Shown piece by piece: positions 1-9,478 of a DNA stretch of 64,000 nt; positions within the stretch are counted from its first letter, which is position 1; each line of letters starts with the position of its first letter. A program made the position numbers and the translations under genes. A model generated the notes under the pieces. That model did no database searches. It had not been told where the DNA came from and saw only the letters and a list, made by a program, of their open reading frames with translations. Location: NCBI GenBank assembly GCA_002413705.1, contig DHXN01000011.1, forward strand, positions 162-64,161, in the 5' to 3' direction. Origin of the DNA: Candidatus Nomurabacteria bacterium UBA5155. Lineage in GTDB: Bacteria; Patescibacteriota; Minisyncoccia; Phycocordibacterales; UBA9973.

Positions 1-2
1 GA

Positions 3-111
3 TACATTCTGCTGATATTTATTATATTGTTTGGTCTGGCAATGTGGGGACTTATTACTGCGCTCAATCAAAACACGCCAACATTAAATCAGGGATTAAC
101 AATCAGTTGAT
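3..111 (+). CDS. 3-prime end of an upstream gene (partial; start lies outside window), hydrophobic C-terminus
   Basis: Open frame from window edge to TGA at 109-111; translation ...YILLIFIILFGLAMWGLITALNQNTPTLNQGLTIS. Confidence 0.3.
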
Positions 112-146
112 TGACAAGGTGGTTACAATAAAAGTACAGTAAAGGT

Positions 147-920
147 ATGAAAAGCACACCAGTCTCAAAAATAATTCTTATACTGTTACTCATTGCTGTT
201 TTGGCAGTGGTTGGTTTCTTTTTTTACTCTCATCAATCAAAAACCGCCATACCTGTCACTGTTTCAGAAAACACGCCGGTACCTTCTGCTGCAGACTGGC
301 CTTCTACTAAAGTCAGTGATGCAAATACAAACGATATCGGCAACTACTACACGATCCATACTACTTATCCTGTCACAAAAGACACAACGATCAACAACCA
401 TGTTAAAACATTTGTTGACAACAGTATTGCAGAGTTCAAGTCGGATACTTCATGGGCGGCAAACAATGGTGCAAATCAGGCACCGGCTGAAGCTTCGGGA
501 TTGCAGCTTACTATTACCTATACAGAACAGAAAAGTACCAATGCTGATAACTATATATTTTCCACCACTACCTATACTGGCGGAGCGCATGACCTGCAGG
601 CGACTAAAACATTTTCATTTTCTCCGATGGGACAAGTCATCAATATTGCTGCATTGTTTATCAATGGTGATGTTGGTTTGAAAACGATAGCTCCGTATGT
701 GAAAGCACAGCTCTCGACCATGTCAGACGCAGATGCAACCATGATCAGTGACGGCACTATGCCGACAGAAGCAAACTACGAAAACTTCACTGTGCAAAAT
801 GACGGTGTGACATTTATCTTCGATCCGTATCAAGTCGCTCCGTATTCAGACGGACAGCAAACAGTGAAGGTGCCGCTGTCAGTTTTCAAGAGTATCGCAA
901 GTACTGATTTGTTTAAATAG
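147..920 (+). CDS. Membrane-anchored DUF3298/DUF4163-like (RsiV C-terminal-like) protein
   Basis: N-terminal TM helix; TYTGGAH motif typical of DUF3298. Confidence 0.6.
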   Translation: MKSTPVSKIILILLLIAVLAVVGFFFYSHQSKTAIPVTVSENTPVPSAADWPSTKVSDANTNDIGNYYTIHTTYPVTKDTTINNHVKTFVDNSIAEFKSDTSWAANNGANQAPAEASGLQLTITYTEQKSTNADNYIFSTTTYTGGAHDLQATKTFSFSPMGQVINIAALFINGDVGLKTIAPYVKAQLSTMSDADATMISDGTMPTEANYENFTVQNDGVTFIFDPYQVAPYSDGQQTVKVPLSVFKSIASTDLFK

Positions 921-1988
921 TTATTCGGTGGTGCGTTCGATCGGTGAGATATCCACGAGCAACGGTTCAATTTCATTGCCGGTACCGGTGATACGCATGA
1001 CATCTTTGTCCACTTTTTTCAATTCTTTTCCAGCGCTGCTGTAGTGATTTATCACGGTCGTGAGTGAGCCGCCAATTTTATTATGGTATTCCTCATACGC
1101 TTTCATATGTTTGCCGAGTTCTTCGACGCGCTTCACGATATCCTTGGCGCTCTCTTCGATCTGCATTGCACGCAGTCCTTGCAACACTGTTTGCAGGTAC
1201 GCCAAAAATGAAGTGGGGGAAACGATGATCACTTTCTTTTCAAATGCATATTGCACCAGGTCTTGCGTGTTGACTTTGATGCTGCCGACTTCTGCCACCA
1301 ACAAGTCATAGTAAATAGACTCGTGGGGGATAAACATAAATGCAAAGTCGAGCGTATTTTCTGCCGGACGAATATACTTTGAAGTTTCGTCGATACGTTT
1401 TTTGATGTCTTTGCGAAATTCATTGACGAATTGTTCCGGATCGCCACCGGCTTGATTGGTCTCGATGATGCGATTGTAATTTTCTAGAGAGAACTTGGAG
1501 TCGATGGGAATGATTTTATCTTTCACCATCACCACAGCGTCAACGATCTCACCATTGGCAAATTTGTATTGTGTCTGAAACGTTTTTGGCGGCAGCACTT
1601 TTGAAAGAATGGTTTCTAAATAGTATTCACCCAGGATTGTGCCACGTTGTTTTGGATTTTTCAGAATGTCTTGCAAATTGCGTAACTGGTCGGCGAAGTT
1701 CAAGACCTGTTTGTTACCTTCATCCAGACGCGTCAAACGCTCGGTGATATCACTGATGATGCTGGCTGACTGCGATGACTGATGCATCATTGATTCGCGA
1801 ATCGATTTTTCGGATTCACCGAGTTTTTGGTCGACAGTTTTTTGCAGTTCGGATACTTGCTGCATCAGTAATTGAAAGCCGGTGTTAGTATCTTCTTTCG
1901 CAGTTGGTTCATTTTTTTTGCTTTCTGCAAATAAGTAAACGATTACACCCCCAACCAATACTCCCAGCAAAATAAAAATAAATTCCAT
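921..1988 (-). CDS. rmuC: DNA recombination protein RmuC family
   Basis: N-terminal TM, coiled-coil middle, conserved C-terminal RmuC region (FMFIPHESIYYDLL). Confidence 0.8.
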   Translation of the reverse strand: MEFIFILLGVLVGGVIVYLFAESKKNEPTAKEDTNTGFQLLMQQVSELQKTVDQKLGESEKSIRESMMHQSSQSASIISDITERLTRLDEGNKQVLNFADQLRNLQDILKNPKQRGTILGEYYLETILSKVLPPKTFQTQYKFANGEIVDAVVMVKDKIIPIDSKFSLENYNRIIETNQAGGDPEQFVNEFRKDIKKRIDETSKYIRPAENTLDFAFMFIPHESIYYDLLVAEVGSIKVNTQDLVQYAFEKKVIIVSPTSFLAYLQTVLQGLRAMQIEESAKDIVKRVEELGKHMKAYEEYHNKIGGSLTTVINHYSSAGKELKKVDKDVMRITGTGNEIEPLLVDISPIERTTE

Positions 1989-1990
1989 AG

Positions 1991-2710
1991 TTAACTCACG
2001 TATTTTTCTAATGTATAAATCCAGTCTCTTTCATCCTTGTCACTTTTTCTTTTTTGATCGAGCAGCCATGACAGATAGCCGATATCGATACTTGCAACTT
2101 CAGCAATAGTTTTGCCGTTGTATTTGCCAAAATTGATGGTTTTGATTGCCAAAGGTTCGCTGCTGAGTTCAATCATTTTTGCAATCGCAGTTTCTTCATC
2201 GCAACTCCATTTCTTCATCGCTTCTTGAAGCTCATATTCAAAGATATGTTCAAGCACAAGTACATCGGCAAATGCTTCATGAGCAGAGACATCGAGATCA
2301 ATATCAAGCGCATAGCGAAGATATTGCAGTTTATGCATGGCAAATTTTCCTTCGTCATCAAGTGTTCGAATTGTTTTAAATGTGCACAAAAGATTTTTGA
2401 TCACAATGTCGTCATTTTTTAAAATCTGTTCATCAAATGTGGCATTGTGCGCAACGCAAATGGTGTTGTCATCTTCAAACAGTGCTTTGAGACCGGCATA
2501 CTCGGGCGCGTCTTTAAATGATGGTCGATCAGCAACCATTTTGTTTGAAATGTGGTGAATGGCTGAACATTCAAATGGAATCGGTACTGGTGGTTTATAT
2601 AGTGCGTCAATAATAGCTTCGGCCGCACCGCGTTCTTTCACTGCCAGCTGGCAAAGAAAGTCTTTCGGACCGTTGCCAGTTGTTTCTGTATCAAAAAAGA
2701 TTATTTTCAT
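1991..2710 (-). CDS. DnaQ-like (DEDD) 3-prime-5-prime exonuclease with C-terminal DUF3820-like domain
   Basis: MKIIFFDTETTG Exo I motif; C-terminal FGKYNGKTIAEV...YLSWLL. ORF track extends to 3148, but that extension is antisense to yqeY, so the start was moved to ATG at 2710. Confidence 0.75.
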   Translation of the reverse strand: MKIIFFDTETTGNGPKDFLCQLAVKERGAAEAIIDALYKPPVPIPFECSAIHHISNKMVADRPSFKDAPEYAGLKALFEDDNTICVAHNATFDEQILKNDDIVIKNLLCTFKTIRTLDDEGKFAMHKLQYLRYALDIDLDVSAHEAFADVLVLEHIFEYELQEAMKKWSCDEETAIAKMIELSSEPLAIKTINFGKYNGKTIAEVASIDIGYLSWLLDQKRKSDKDERDWIYTLEKYVS

Positions 2711-2734
2711 AGTGCTATTATACCATGCTATAAT

Positions 2735-3193
2735 TTGCATATGATTATTGCCACAGAAGTACGCGAAGGAATGAAACAAGCCATGCGAGACAAGGATCAA
2801 GTTGCGCTTGATACCTATCGAGGAGTGCTCAGTGCATTTACCAATGAATTGGTCAGCACAGGTAAAACTCCGCAAGATGAAGTGACCGATGACATGGCAT
2901 TGAAAGTGATTTTGAAGCTGATCAAACAGCGCAAAGATGCGATCACGCAATTTGAAGCCGGCGGTCGCGCAGACCTGGCTGCTGAAGAAAAAGCGCAGCT
3001 GGCACTGCTTGAAAAATTCCAGCCGGCACAAATGAGCGAAGCGGATATTCGTGTCATTGCAGAGCGCAAAAAAGCCGAGCTTAATGTTACCGATCCGTCG
3101 AAGTCGGGCATTCTGACCGGCGCTGTGATGAAAGAAGTTGCAGGGCAAGCCGATGGCGGTATTGTTAAATTAATCGTTGATTCACTTTTTTAA
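2735..3193 (+). CDS. GatB/YqeY domain protein
   Basis: Full-length similarity pattern to YqeY family (~150 aa, MKxAMRxKD, C-terminal helical bundle). Confidence 0.8.
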   Translation: MHMIIATEVREGMKQAMRDKDQVALDTYRGVLSAFTNELVSTGKTPQDEVTDDMALKVILKLIKQRKDAITQFEAGGRADLAAEEKAQLALLEKFQPAQMSEADIRVIAERKKAELNVTDPSKSGILTGAVMKEVAGQADGGIVKLIVDSLF

Positions 3194-3196
3194 CAT

Positions 3197-3529
3197 ATGA
3201 TTTTACTTCGTTGGTTCATCACAACACTGGCAATATTTGCACTACCATATTTTGTCGCAGGTATCAGTGTGCATAGTATCCTCACCGCAGTGATTGTTGC
3301 GGCCTGTTTGGTGTTTTTGAATATGGTGGTGAAGCCTGTCGTCACACTGCTGACACTTCCGTTGAATATTCTGACATTGGGACTGTTCTCTATTATTATC
3401 AACGGCGCATTCTTTTGGTTTGTCGCGCAAATCATCACCGGCTTCACTGTTGCAAACTTCATCGCGGCGATTGTCGGCGCATTGGTTATCTCTATTATCA
3501 ATTGGATCATCGGTCACTTTATCGACTAA
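3197..3529 (+). CDS. 4-TM phage-holin-family-like (PF04020-like) small membrane protein
   Basis: 110 aa, four hydrophobic helices, resembles holin family 4 proteins common in small genomes. Confidence 0.5.
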   Translation: MILLRWFITTLAIFALPYFVAGISVHSILTAVIVAACLVFLNMVVKPVVTLLTLPLNILTLGLFSIIINGAFFWFVAQIITGFTVANFIAAIVGALVISIINWIIGHFID

Positions 3530-3531
3530 AT

Positions 3532-4416
3532 ATGGAACCGATCACTATCGTCACGCATGACGGCACATTTCATACCGATGATGTTTTTGCCTGCGCAACG
3601 CTGTCGCTTTTTTTCAAAGACAGAGAGGTTGAAATTACTCGCTCACGTTTGGAAAATAGTATCGAAGCCGCAGATATCGTCGTTGATGTCGGAGGAATCT
3701 ATGATGCAAGCAAAGGACGATTTGATCATCATCAAAAAGGCGGCGCGGCAATGCGAAACAACGGCATACCATACGCATCGTTTGGTTTGGTTTGGAAAGA
3801 ATACGGACAGGCGCTGACAGGAAATATTGAGTCAGCAAAATTTATTGATGAGCAGTTGGTGCAAGGCATTGATGGTGCTGACAATGGCGTGTTGAACAAA
3901 GTTGCTGACAACGGTGTCTATTGCTATTCAGTCATCGACATCATCAGCTCGATGCGAAAGACGTGGGAAGAAACACATACCATGGACGAAGCATTTATGG
4001 ATGCGGTCAATATGGCGACAATAATTTTGGAACGCATGCTCGCTCATGCGCAGAGTTATGCTCAAGCGCAGGACATATTGGAAACTGCCTATGTGCAATC
4101 CGTCGATAAACAGATCATTGATATTGGTACTGAATATCCTGGATGGTATGAATTGATGGCAAATCATCCGGAACCATTGTTTGTGGTCTATCAGCGAGAA
4201 GACGGCAAGTGGAGTGCCAAAGCGGTGCGAAGCAATCCGATCGAGTTTGCTGCCCGAAAACCATTTCCTGAAGCCTGGGCAGGACTTCGTGATGAAGAAT
4301 TACAACAAATCTCCGGGGTGGTGGATGCAATTTTCTGTCACAATGGTCGTTTTATTGCAGTGGCGCAAAGTCGAGCAGGGGTCATAGAACTTGCTCAAAA
4401 GGCAATAATCCTATAG
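3532..4416 (+). CDS. MYG1/UPF0160 family metal-dependent hydrolase
   Basis: MEPITIVTHDGTFHTDDVFACATL N-terminus typical of MYG1; start moved from 3415 to 3532. Confidence 0.8.
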   Translation: MEPITIVTHDGTFHTDDVFACATLSLFFKDREVEITRSRLENSIEAADIVVDVGGIYDASKGRFDHHQKGGAAMRNNGIPYASFGLVWKEYGQALTGNIESAKFIDEQLVQGIDGADNGVLNKVADNGVYCYSVIDIISSMRKTWEETHTMDEAFMDAVNMATIILERMLAHAQSYAQAQDILETAYVQSVDKQIIDIGTEYPGWYELMANHPEPLFVVYQREDGKWSAKAVRSNPIEFAARKPFPEAWAGLRDEELQQISGVVDAIFCHNGRFIAVAQSRAGVIELAQKAIIL

Positions 4417-4440
4417 GATGTCAACTCAAGTAACAACACT

Positions 4441-5427
4441 ATGGCATTTTTAGATGAAATAACAATTGAAGCAGCTGCAGGGAAAGGCGGAGACGGTGTC
4501 GTGCAATGGCGTCGTGAGAAGTTCATTGCCAAGGGCGGACCAAACGGCGGTGACGGAGGACGCGGTGGGCATGTCTATATTCGTGCCGTGCGCAGCTTTC
4601 GCGTACTCGACCAGTATCGCAGCAAAAAAGAATTTTTAGCAGAAGATGGCAAACCGGGCGGCAGTCGCAGCTTCACTGGTGCTGACGGTGATCGTCTGAC
4701 GATTGATTTTCCGGTAGGGTCTCTGGTGACCAATGTGACGACCGGCGCGACATACGATCTCAATAAAGAAGGATTGGAATTTAAAATCCTCACAGGCGGT
4801 AACGGCGGTTTTGGTAACGAGCACTTCAAAAGTTCTACCAATCAGGCACCTGACAAAGCGACGAAAGGATGGCCGGGCGATCGCGCCGAGCTGCATATTG
4901 TCATTTCACTGATCGCTGATGTGGGGTTGATTGGCTTTCCCAATGCTGGTAAATCAAGTCTTTTAAATATTATTACCAATGCTCAAGCCAAAGTTGGCGA
5001 CTATCCGTTTACGACACTTGATCCGAACCTTGGTGATTTGTACGGCTACATCATCGCTGATATTCCAGGATTGATTGAAGGTGCAAGTGAGGGTAAAGGT
5101 CTTGGTCACAAATTCTTGCGACACATTTCAAAAACAAAAGTGTTGGTGCATCTTGTGTCATTTGAACAAGCCAACATGATGAAGTCATACGAAACCATTC
5201 GCAGCGAACTTGAAAAGTTTGACGGCAAGCTTGATGAAAAAGAAGAAATTATTTTGCTGACCAAAACTGACACTGTGTCAGAAGAAGTGGTTGAAGCAAC
5301 CATAAAGAAATTTAAAAAACTCGGCAAACCGGTCTTTGCTGTGACATTGTTTGATGACAGCAGTATCAAAGTGTTCAGTGACGAGCTGGTACGATTTTTG
5401 AAGAAAGATAACGAAACAGAGCAATAA
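4441..5427 (+). CDS. obg: GTPase Obg
   Basis: Gly-rich Obg fold (GGDGGRGG), G1-G4 GTPase motifs. Confidence 0.95.
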   Translation: MAFLDEITIEAAAGKGGDGVVQWRREKFIAKGGPNGGDGGRGGHVYIRAVRSFRVLDQYRSKKEFLAEDGKPGGSRSFTGADGDRLTIDFPVGSLVTNVTTGATYDLNKEGLEFKILTGGNGGFGNEHFKSSTNQAPDKATKGWPGDRAELHIVISLIADVGLIGFPNAGKSSLLNIITNAQAKVGDYPFTTLDPNLGDLYGYIIADIPGLIEGASEGKGLGHKFLRHISKTKVLVHLVSFEQANMMKSYETIRSELEKFDGKLDEKEEIILLTKTDTVSEEVVEATIKKFKKLGKPVFAVTLFDDSSIKVFSDELVRFLKKDNETEQ

Positions 5428-5458
5428 AAAAGCCTTCGCATGTGCGAAGGCTTTTTTG
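5428..5458 (+). terminator. Rho-independent terminator after obg
   Basis: gccttcgca-tg-tgcgaaggc stem followed by TTTTTT. Confidence 0.7.
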
Positions 5459-5732
5459 TTTTTTGCAAGCTTTTTGGTTAGGTAGACTTTTTTCTTCGCT
5501 GCCTATAACCATTTTTACCGACTCGTACATCAATATAAAACGGGTCGTCAATTTCAATTTTGCCTGGATTTTCCAGCGACTGGTCTATTGCTGGGCCAAA
5601 TGTCAAAAAAGCAGCGAGTGCCTGACTCATGGAGTCGGCATTCAGAATTAAGTGTTGAGCTACTTGCATAAGTGTTTGGTTTTAAAATGTTTTTCTTAAT
5701 CCTACTACTTTCACCACATCCGTCAATACCCG

Positions 5733-5760
5733 CTGAATATTTTTAATTTTCATGTATAAT
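5733..5760 (+). promoter_or_regulatory. gatB promoter (extended -10 TGTATAAT at 5753-5760); leaderless
   Basis: TGnTATAAT 7 nt upstream of ATG 5768, no SD. Confidence 0.4.
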
Positions 5761-5767
5761 CATTTCC

Positions 5768-7180
5768 ATGAGTAAAATCTACTATCCTGTCATTGGTCTG
5801 GAAATTCACGCAGAATTGAACACAAAAAGTAAGATGTTTTGTGCTTGCAAAAACGATCCTGACGAGACATCTCCCAATGTAAATATTTGTCCGATTTGTA
5901 TGGCGCACCCCGGCACGCTACCGGTGGCGAACAAGCAGGCTGTGCAGTCAGTCATCAAAGTTGGTTTAGCGCTTGGCGCAAACGTTGCCGACTTCACCGA
6001 ATTTGATCGCAAGAACTATTTTTATCCGGACATTCCCAAAGGCTATCAGATTTCTCAATATAAATATCCGATCGTATCGGGTGGGGAACTAAACGGTTTT
6101 GGCATCACTCGCGTGCATCTTGAAGAAGACACAGGACTTTCAAAACATGATCGCGGTAACTTCACGCTCGTCGACTACAACCGCGCCGGTGTGCCATTGA
6201 TGGAGCTGGTGACAGAGCCGGTGATTCACAGTGCCAAAGATGCGGCTGACTTTGCAAAAGAATTGCAATTACTCCTGCGCGCGCTTGGCGTATCGGAAGC
6301 AAATTTGGAAAAAGGCGAAATGCGTGTGGAACCGAACATCTCTGTTTCGGATACCGAGGGAGTATTTGGCACAAAAGTTGAGGTGAAAAATTTGAACTCA
6401 TTTAGAAGTGTCGAGCGCGCGATTGAGCATGAGCTGGCACGCATGATCGCGCTATATGAAGCCGGACGCGCAGATGAGATTGTACAGGAGACACGCGGTT
6501 GGGATGAAACCAAGCAAACAACATTCTCACAGCGATCAAAAGAAAATGCTCACGACTATCGCTATTTCCCGGATCCTGACCTGCCAAAAATGAAACTGCA
6601 CAGTGCGTTTGATATTGATACGATGCGCGCAACATTACCAGAATTGCCATGGAGCAAGCGTGTTCGCTATGCTAAAGATTTTGGCATCAAAGAAAACGAT
6701 ATTGAATTGTATGTATCCGATCCGACACTGTCTGCATATTTTGAATCTGTAGTAGAAGGCAAAGATGCTGCATTTGCGCAATTAGCTTCAAACTATTTGA
6801 GCAGTGATGTCATTGGTTTGATGAAAAAAGATGCTGAAGCAAAACTGCCAAATAAAGATCACTTCATTGAGCTGATTGTGATGGTAACAGATGGACAGGT
6901 GACTTCTCGCGGAGCAAAAGATATTTTGGCAGTGATTGTGAAAAATCTTGAGATCAGTCCAAAAGCGATTGCAGAAAAAGAAGGTCTATTGCAGCAAAAT
7001 GATGAAGGATCACTGAAGCCAATCATTGAACAAGTCATCAAAGAAAATGCCACGATGGTGACTCAATATAAAGAGGGTAAAGAGGCTGTGCTGCAAGCCC
7101 TTGTTGGTATGGTGATGAAAATCACAAAAGGAAGTGCTAATCCGGCAGTGACCGCAAAACTTCTGAAAGAGATAATGTAA
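5768..7180 (+). CDS. gatB: Asp-tRNA(Asn)/Glu-tRNA(Gln) amidotransferase subunit B
   Basis: N-terminal MSKIYYPVIGLEIHAELNT, full-length GatB similarity incl. C-terminal YqeY-like domain. Confidence 0.95.
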   Translation: MSKIYYPVIGLEIHAELNTKSKMFCACKNDPDETSPNVNICPICMAHPGTLPVANKQAVQSVIKVGLALGANVADFTEFDRKNYFYPDIPKGYQISQYKYPIVSGGELNGFGITRVHLEEDTGLSKHDRGNFTLVDYNRAGVPLMELVTEPVIHSAKDAADFAKELQLLLRALGVSEANLEKGEMRVEPNISVSDTEGVFGTKVEVKNLNSFRSVERAIEHELARMIALYEAGRADEIVQETRGWDETKQTTFSQRSKENAHDYRYFPDPDLPKMKLHSAFDIDTMRATLPELPWSKRVRYAKDFGIKENDIELYVSDPTLSAYFESVVEGKDAAFAQLASNYLSSDVIGLMKKDAEAKLPNKDHFIELIVMVTDGQVTSRGAKDILAVIVKNLEISPKAIAEKEGLLQQNDEGSLKPIIEQVIKENATMVTQYKEGKEAVLQALVGMVMKITKGSANPAVTAKLLKEIM

Positions 7181-7191
7181 TTATTGGGAAA

Positions 7192-7227
7192 TAAAAAAAG
7201 GGTCGCAACATATTGCGACCCTTTTTG
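7192..7227. terminator. Bidirectional intrinsic terminator between gatB and convergent hypothetical gene
   Basis: A-run, gggtcgcaa-cata-ttgcgaccc, T-run. Confidence 0.7.
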
Positions 7228-7231
7228 TGTA

Positions 7232-7792
7232 TCAATGACACACAAGGTTTTTTTCAATAAAGGTCAGAGTGAGTAATGTACCGTTTGATCTTGATCTTAT
7301 CTCCATAAAATCTTTGAAAAAATAAAAAGCATCTTCAAAATGCATTAAAAATTCGCCCTGCGTGATTTGGAATTTTTTAAGATGTTTTTCCGAAATTGTT
7401 ACGCTGGGGATGTATTGTCTACCTTCGAGATACCGTGTAAAGACGGTATCACTTATCAGTTCTAATGCAGTTTTATGTCTAGCCTTATATAATTCAGCGG
7501 ACAGAAATTTTTTTACGAAGACTGACGGAATACTTTGAAGGATGCTTGCATGGAACGGTCGGAAAAAATACTTTTCAATTTCTTGCTCGTACAAGGTTTT
7601 GTCTTCATCGTGAAGGAATCGCAGTTCTTTCGCATGTTCCCATAATGCTGCTGACCACCTTTGGTCGCAAGGCGGAAATTCTTTAATCATTATCTCATTC
7701 ATTTTTATAAGTGCTTTTTCTTTTACCTTACCATACAAGCACGGTATGTCAATAACAAGGGTACGTTCACGTGGGTGATATACTGTTGCCAT
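7232..7792 (-). CDS. Hypothetical protein (186 aa), no recognisable domain
   Basis: Long ORF; start taken at MATVYHP (ORF track extends to 7930 antisense to gap). Confidence 0.45.
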   Translation of the reverse strand: MATVYHPRERTLVIDIPCLYGKVKEKALIKMNEIMIKEFPPCDQRWSAALWEHAKELRFLHDEDKTLYEQEIEKYFFRPFHASILQSIPSVFVKKFLSAELYKARHKTALELISDTVFTRYLEGRQYIPSVTISEKHLKKFQITQGEFLMHFEDAFYFFKDFMEIRSRSNGTLLTLTFIEKNLVCH

Positions 7793-7832
7793 GGATACAA
7801 CAACAAACACAACAACAAATGGAGTTATTAGA

Positions 7833-8846
7833 GTGGCGATTAATGGATTTGGAAGAATTGGTCGAGCATTTTTGAAAATCGCATGGCTACGACCAGAAAT
7901 TGAAATCGTGGCAGTAAATGATCTCGGCACATTGGAAAGTTTGGCATACTTGTTGCGTCACGATACTGTCTATCGCAATTGGGAACATGATGTGAAGATC
8001 GTTGATGGCGGGCTGTCCATCGATGGCAAGATGGTGAAATTCGTTTCCGAAAAGGACACGACCAAGCTGCCGTGGAAAGATCTCGGCATCGATGTTGTTG
8101 TCGAATCAACCGGATTGTTCACTTCATATGACAAGGCCAAGTTCCATATTGAGGACGGCGCAAAGCGCGTGGTGATCTCAGCACCAGCCAAAGACGAAGC
8201 CGGAGCACAGCAGGCAGCTACTATCTTGCTCGGCGTGAACGAGGAAAAGTTCGGCACCTGTGATATCACTTCCAACGCTTCATGTACTACAAACGCCTCA
8301 AGTCCACTGATCGGCATCATGAACGAAGCGATCGGCATCGAGAAGGCAATCTTGAACACCGTACACGGCTACACTGCGTCTCAGGCGCTCGTTGACGGGC
8401 CAAGCAAGAAAGACTTGCGCGAAGGCCGTGCAGCAGCGCAAAACATCGTGCCAAGCTCTACCGGCGCGGCGATTGCTGTCACTCAGGCATATCCGGCACT
8501 GCAGGGATTGTTCGATGGTATCTCTATCCGCGTGCCAGTGCCAGCCGGCTCTATCGTTGATGTCACGTTTATCGCGAAGCGCGACACGACCGCTGAAGAA
8601 GTAAACCAAATTCTTATCAAGGCGGCAGCAGACCCTCGCTGGGCCGGAGTATTTTCTGTCACTGACGAGCCGCTCGTCTCAAGCGACATTCTTGGCAATC
8701 GCCACGCATCGATCGCCGACCTTGCCATGACGCGCGTCGTTGGCGGCAACCTCGTGAAGGTCATGGGCTGGTATGACAATGAGATGGGGTATACGTACAC
8801 GCTCGTGGATCACGTGATCAAGACAGGGAAGACGATACAGAAGTAG
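7833..8846 (+). CDS. gap: Glyceraldehyde-3-phosphate dehydrogenase, type I
   Basis: INGFGRIGR NAD-binding motif, SNASCTTN active-site region; GTG 7833 preceded by GGAG RBS gives canonical N-terminus (alt. ATG 7791 adds Thr/Asn-rich extension). Confidence 0.9.
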   Translation: MAINGFGRIGRAFLKIAWLRPEIEIVAVNDLGTLESLAYLLRHDTVYRNWEHDVKIVDGGLSIDGKMVKFVSEKDTTKLPWKDLGIDVVVESTGLFTSYDKAKFHIEDGAKRVVISAPAKDEAGAQQAATILLGVNEEKFGTCDITSNASCTTNASSPLIGIMNEAIGIEKAILNTVHGYTASQALVDGPSKKDLREGRAAAQNIVPSSTGAAIAVTQAYPALQGLFDGISIRVPVPAGSIVDVTFIAKRDTTAEEVNQILIKAAADPRWAGVFSVTDEPLVSSDILGNRHASIADLAMTRVVGGNLVKVMGWYDNEMGYTYTLVDHVIKTGKTIQK

Positions 8847-8863
8847 TTTTCACAATATTGATG

Positions 8864-8889
8864 TAAAAAGCCCTAAATAGGGCTTTTTA
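8864..8889 (+). terminator. Intrinsic terminator after gap
   Basis: agccctaaatagggct hairpin + TTTTT. Confidence 0.7.
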
Positions 8890-8896
8890 CATTGCC

Positions 8897-8925
8897 ATTG
8901 ACTTTTATCTACAATTGTGCTATTA
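8897..8925 (+). promoter_or_regulatory. Near-consensus sigma70-type promoter (TTGACT-17-TATTAT)
   Basis: -35 8897-8902, 17-nt spacer containing ACAATTGT, -10 8920-8925. Confidence 0.5.
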
Positions 8926-9010
8926 TATAAACATAGTTCTTTACAATGTTTTATGGTTTTTCCAGAAATTCTTATCTCACGCAGGAATTTGCGGTAAAAC
9001 CATAAAGCAC

Positions 9011-9406
9011 ATGAAAACTCAAAAATTAGTACTTATCGCAGTATTTACATTACTTTTTGCCACCACTGTTAAGGCTCAAAGATATACAACAAGTGTTGTA
9101 TCCAGCCGAATGACCTTTAATGAAGTCGTTGTAAATTATCCAGTTGTTGCATTTAGCTATAACTCTCAAAATTTACAATTACTTTCTGACTTGATGAAAG
9201 CTCAGTCAGGTGGGAGAGCTGGTGCTCTGAATACTGGAAAGGGAAACCTCTTCATCTTTCAGAGAAAAAATGACGATGGGTCAACTTATCTTGAAATGCG
9301 TTTTGTGTTTTGGTCAGCCAGATCAAATGCATGGCGTATCGCTATCGATGATGCGACTCACATCACTCATATTAATCCTGGGGTGATAATCTTCAGTAAG
9401 GCCTAA
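9011..9406 (+). CDS. Small secreted hypothetical protein (signal peptide)
   Basis: MKTQKLVLIAVFTLLFATTVKAQ signal peptide; start moved to 9011. Confidence 0.55.
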   Translation: MKTQKLVLIAVFTLLFATTVKAQRYTTSVVSSRMTFNEVVVNYPVVAFSYNSQNLQLLSDLMKAQSGGRAGALNTGKGNLFIFQRKNDDGSTYLEMRFVFWSARSNAWRIAIDDATHITHINPGVIIFSKA

Positions 9407-9478
9407 GTAAAATGTACCGATAGAAATATCATGAGCCACATATACATAATATGTGGTTTTTTTGTTATAATCTTATAT

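Noticed and set aside
2711-3148. N-terminal extension of the exonuclease ORF
   Set aside because: Antisense to yqeY; conserved Exo I motif begins at the internal MKIIFFDTE start
6162-6650. Cluster of 79-95 aa minus-strand ORFs
   Set aside because: All inside and antisense to gatB
7791-7832. ATG start giving GAPDH an MDTTTNTTTNGVIR extension
   Set aside because: GTG at 7833 with GGAG RBS 8 nt upstream gives a canonical N-terminus and ~337-aa length; the extension is encoded by a simple repeat
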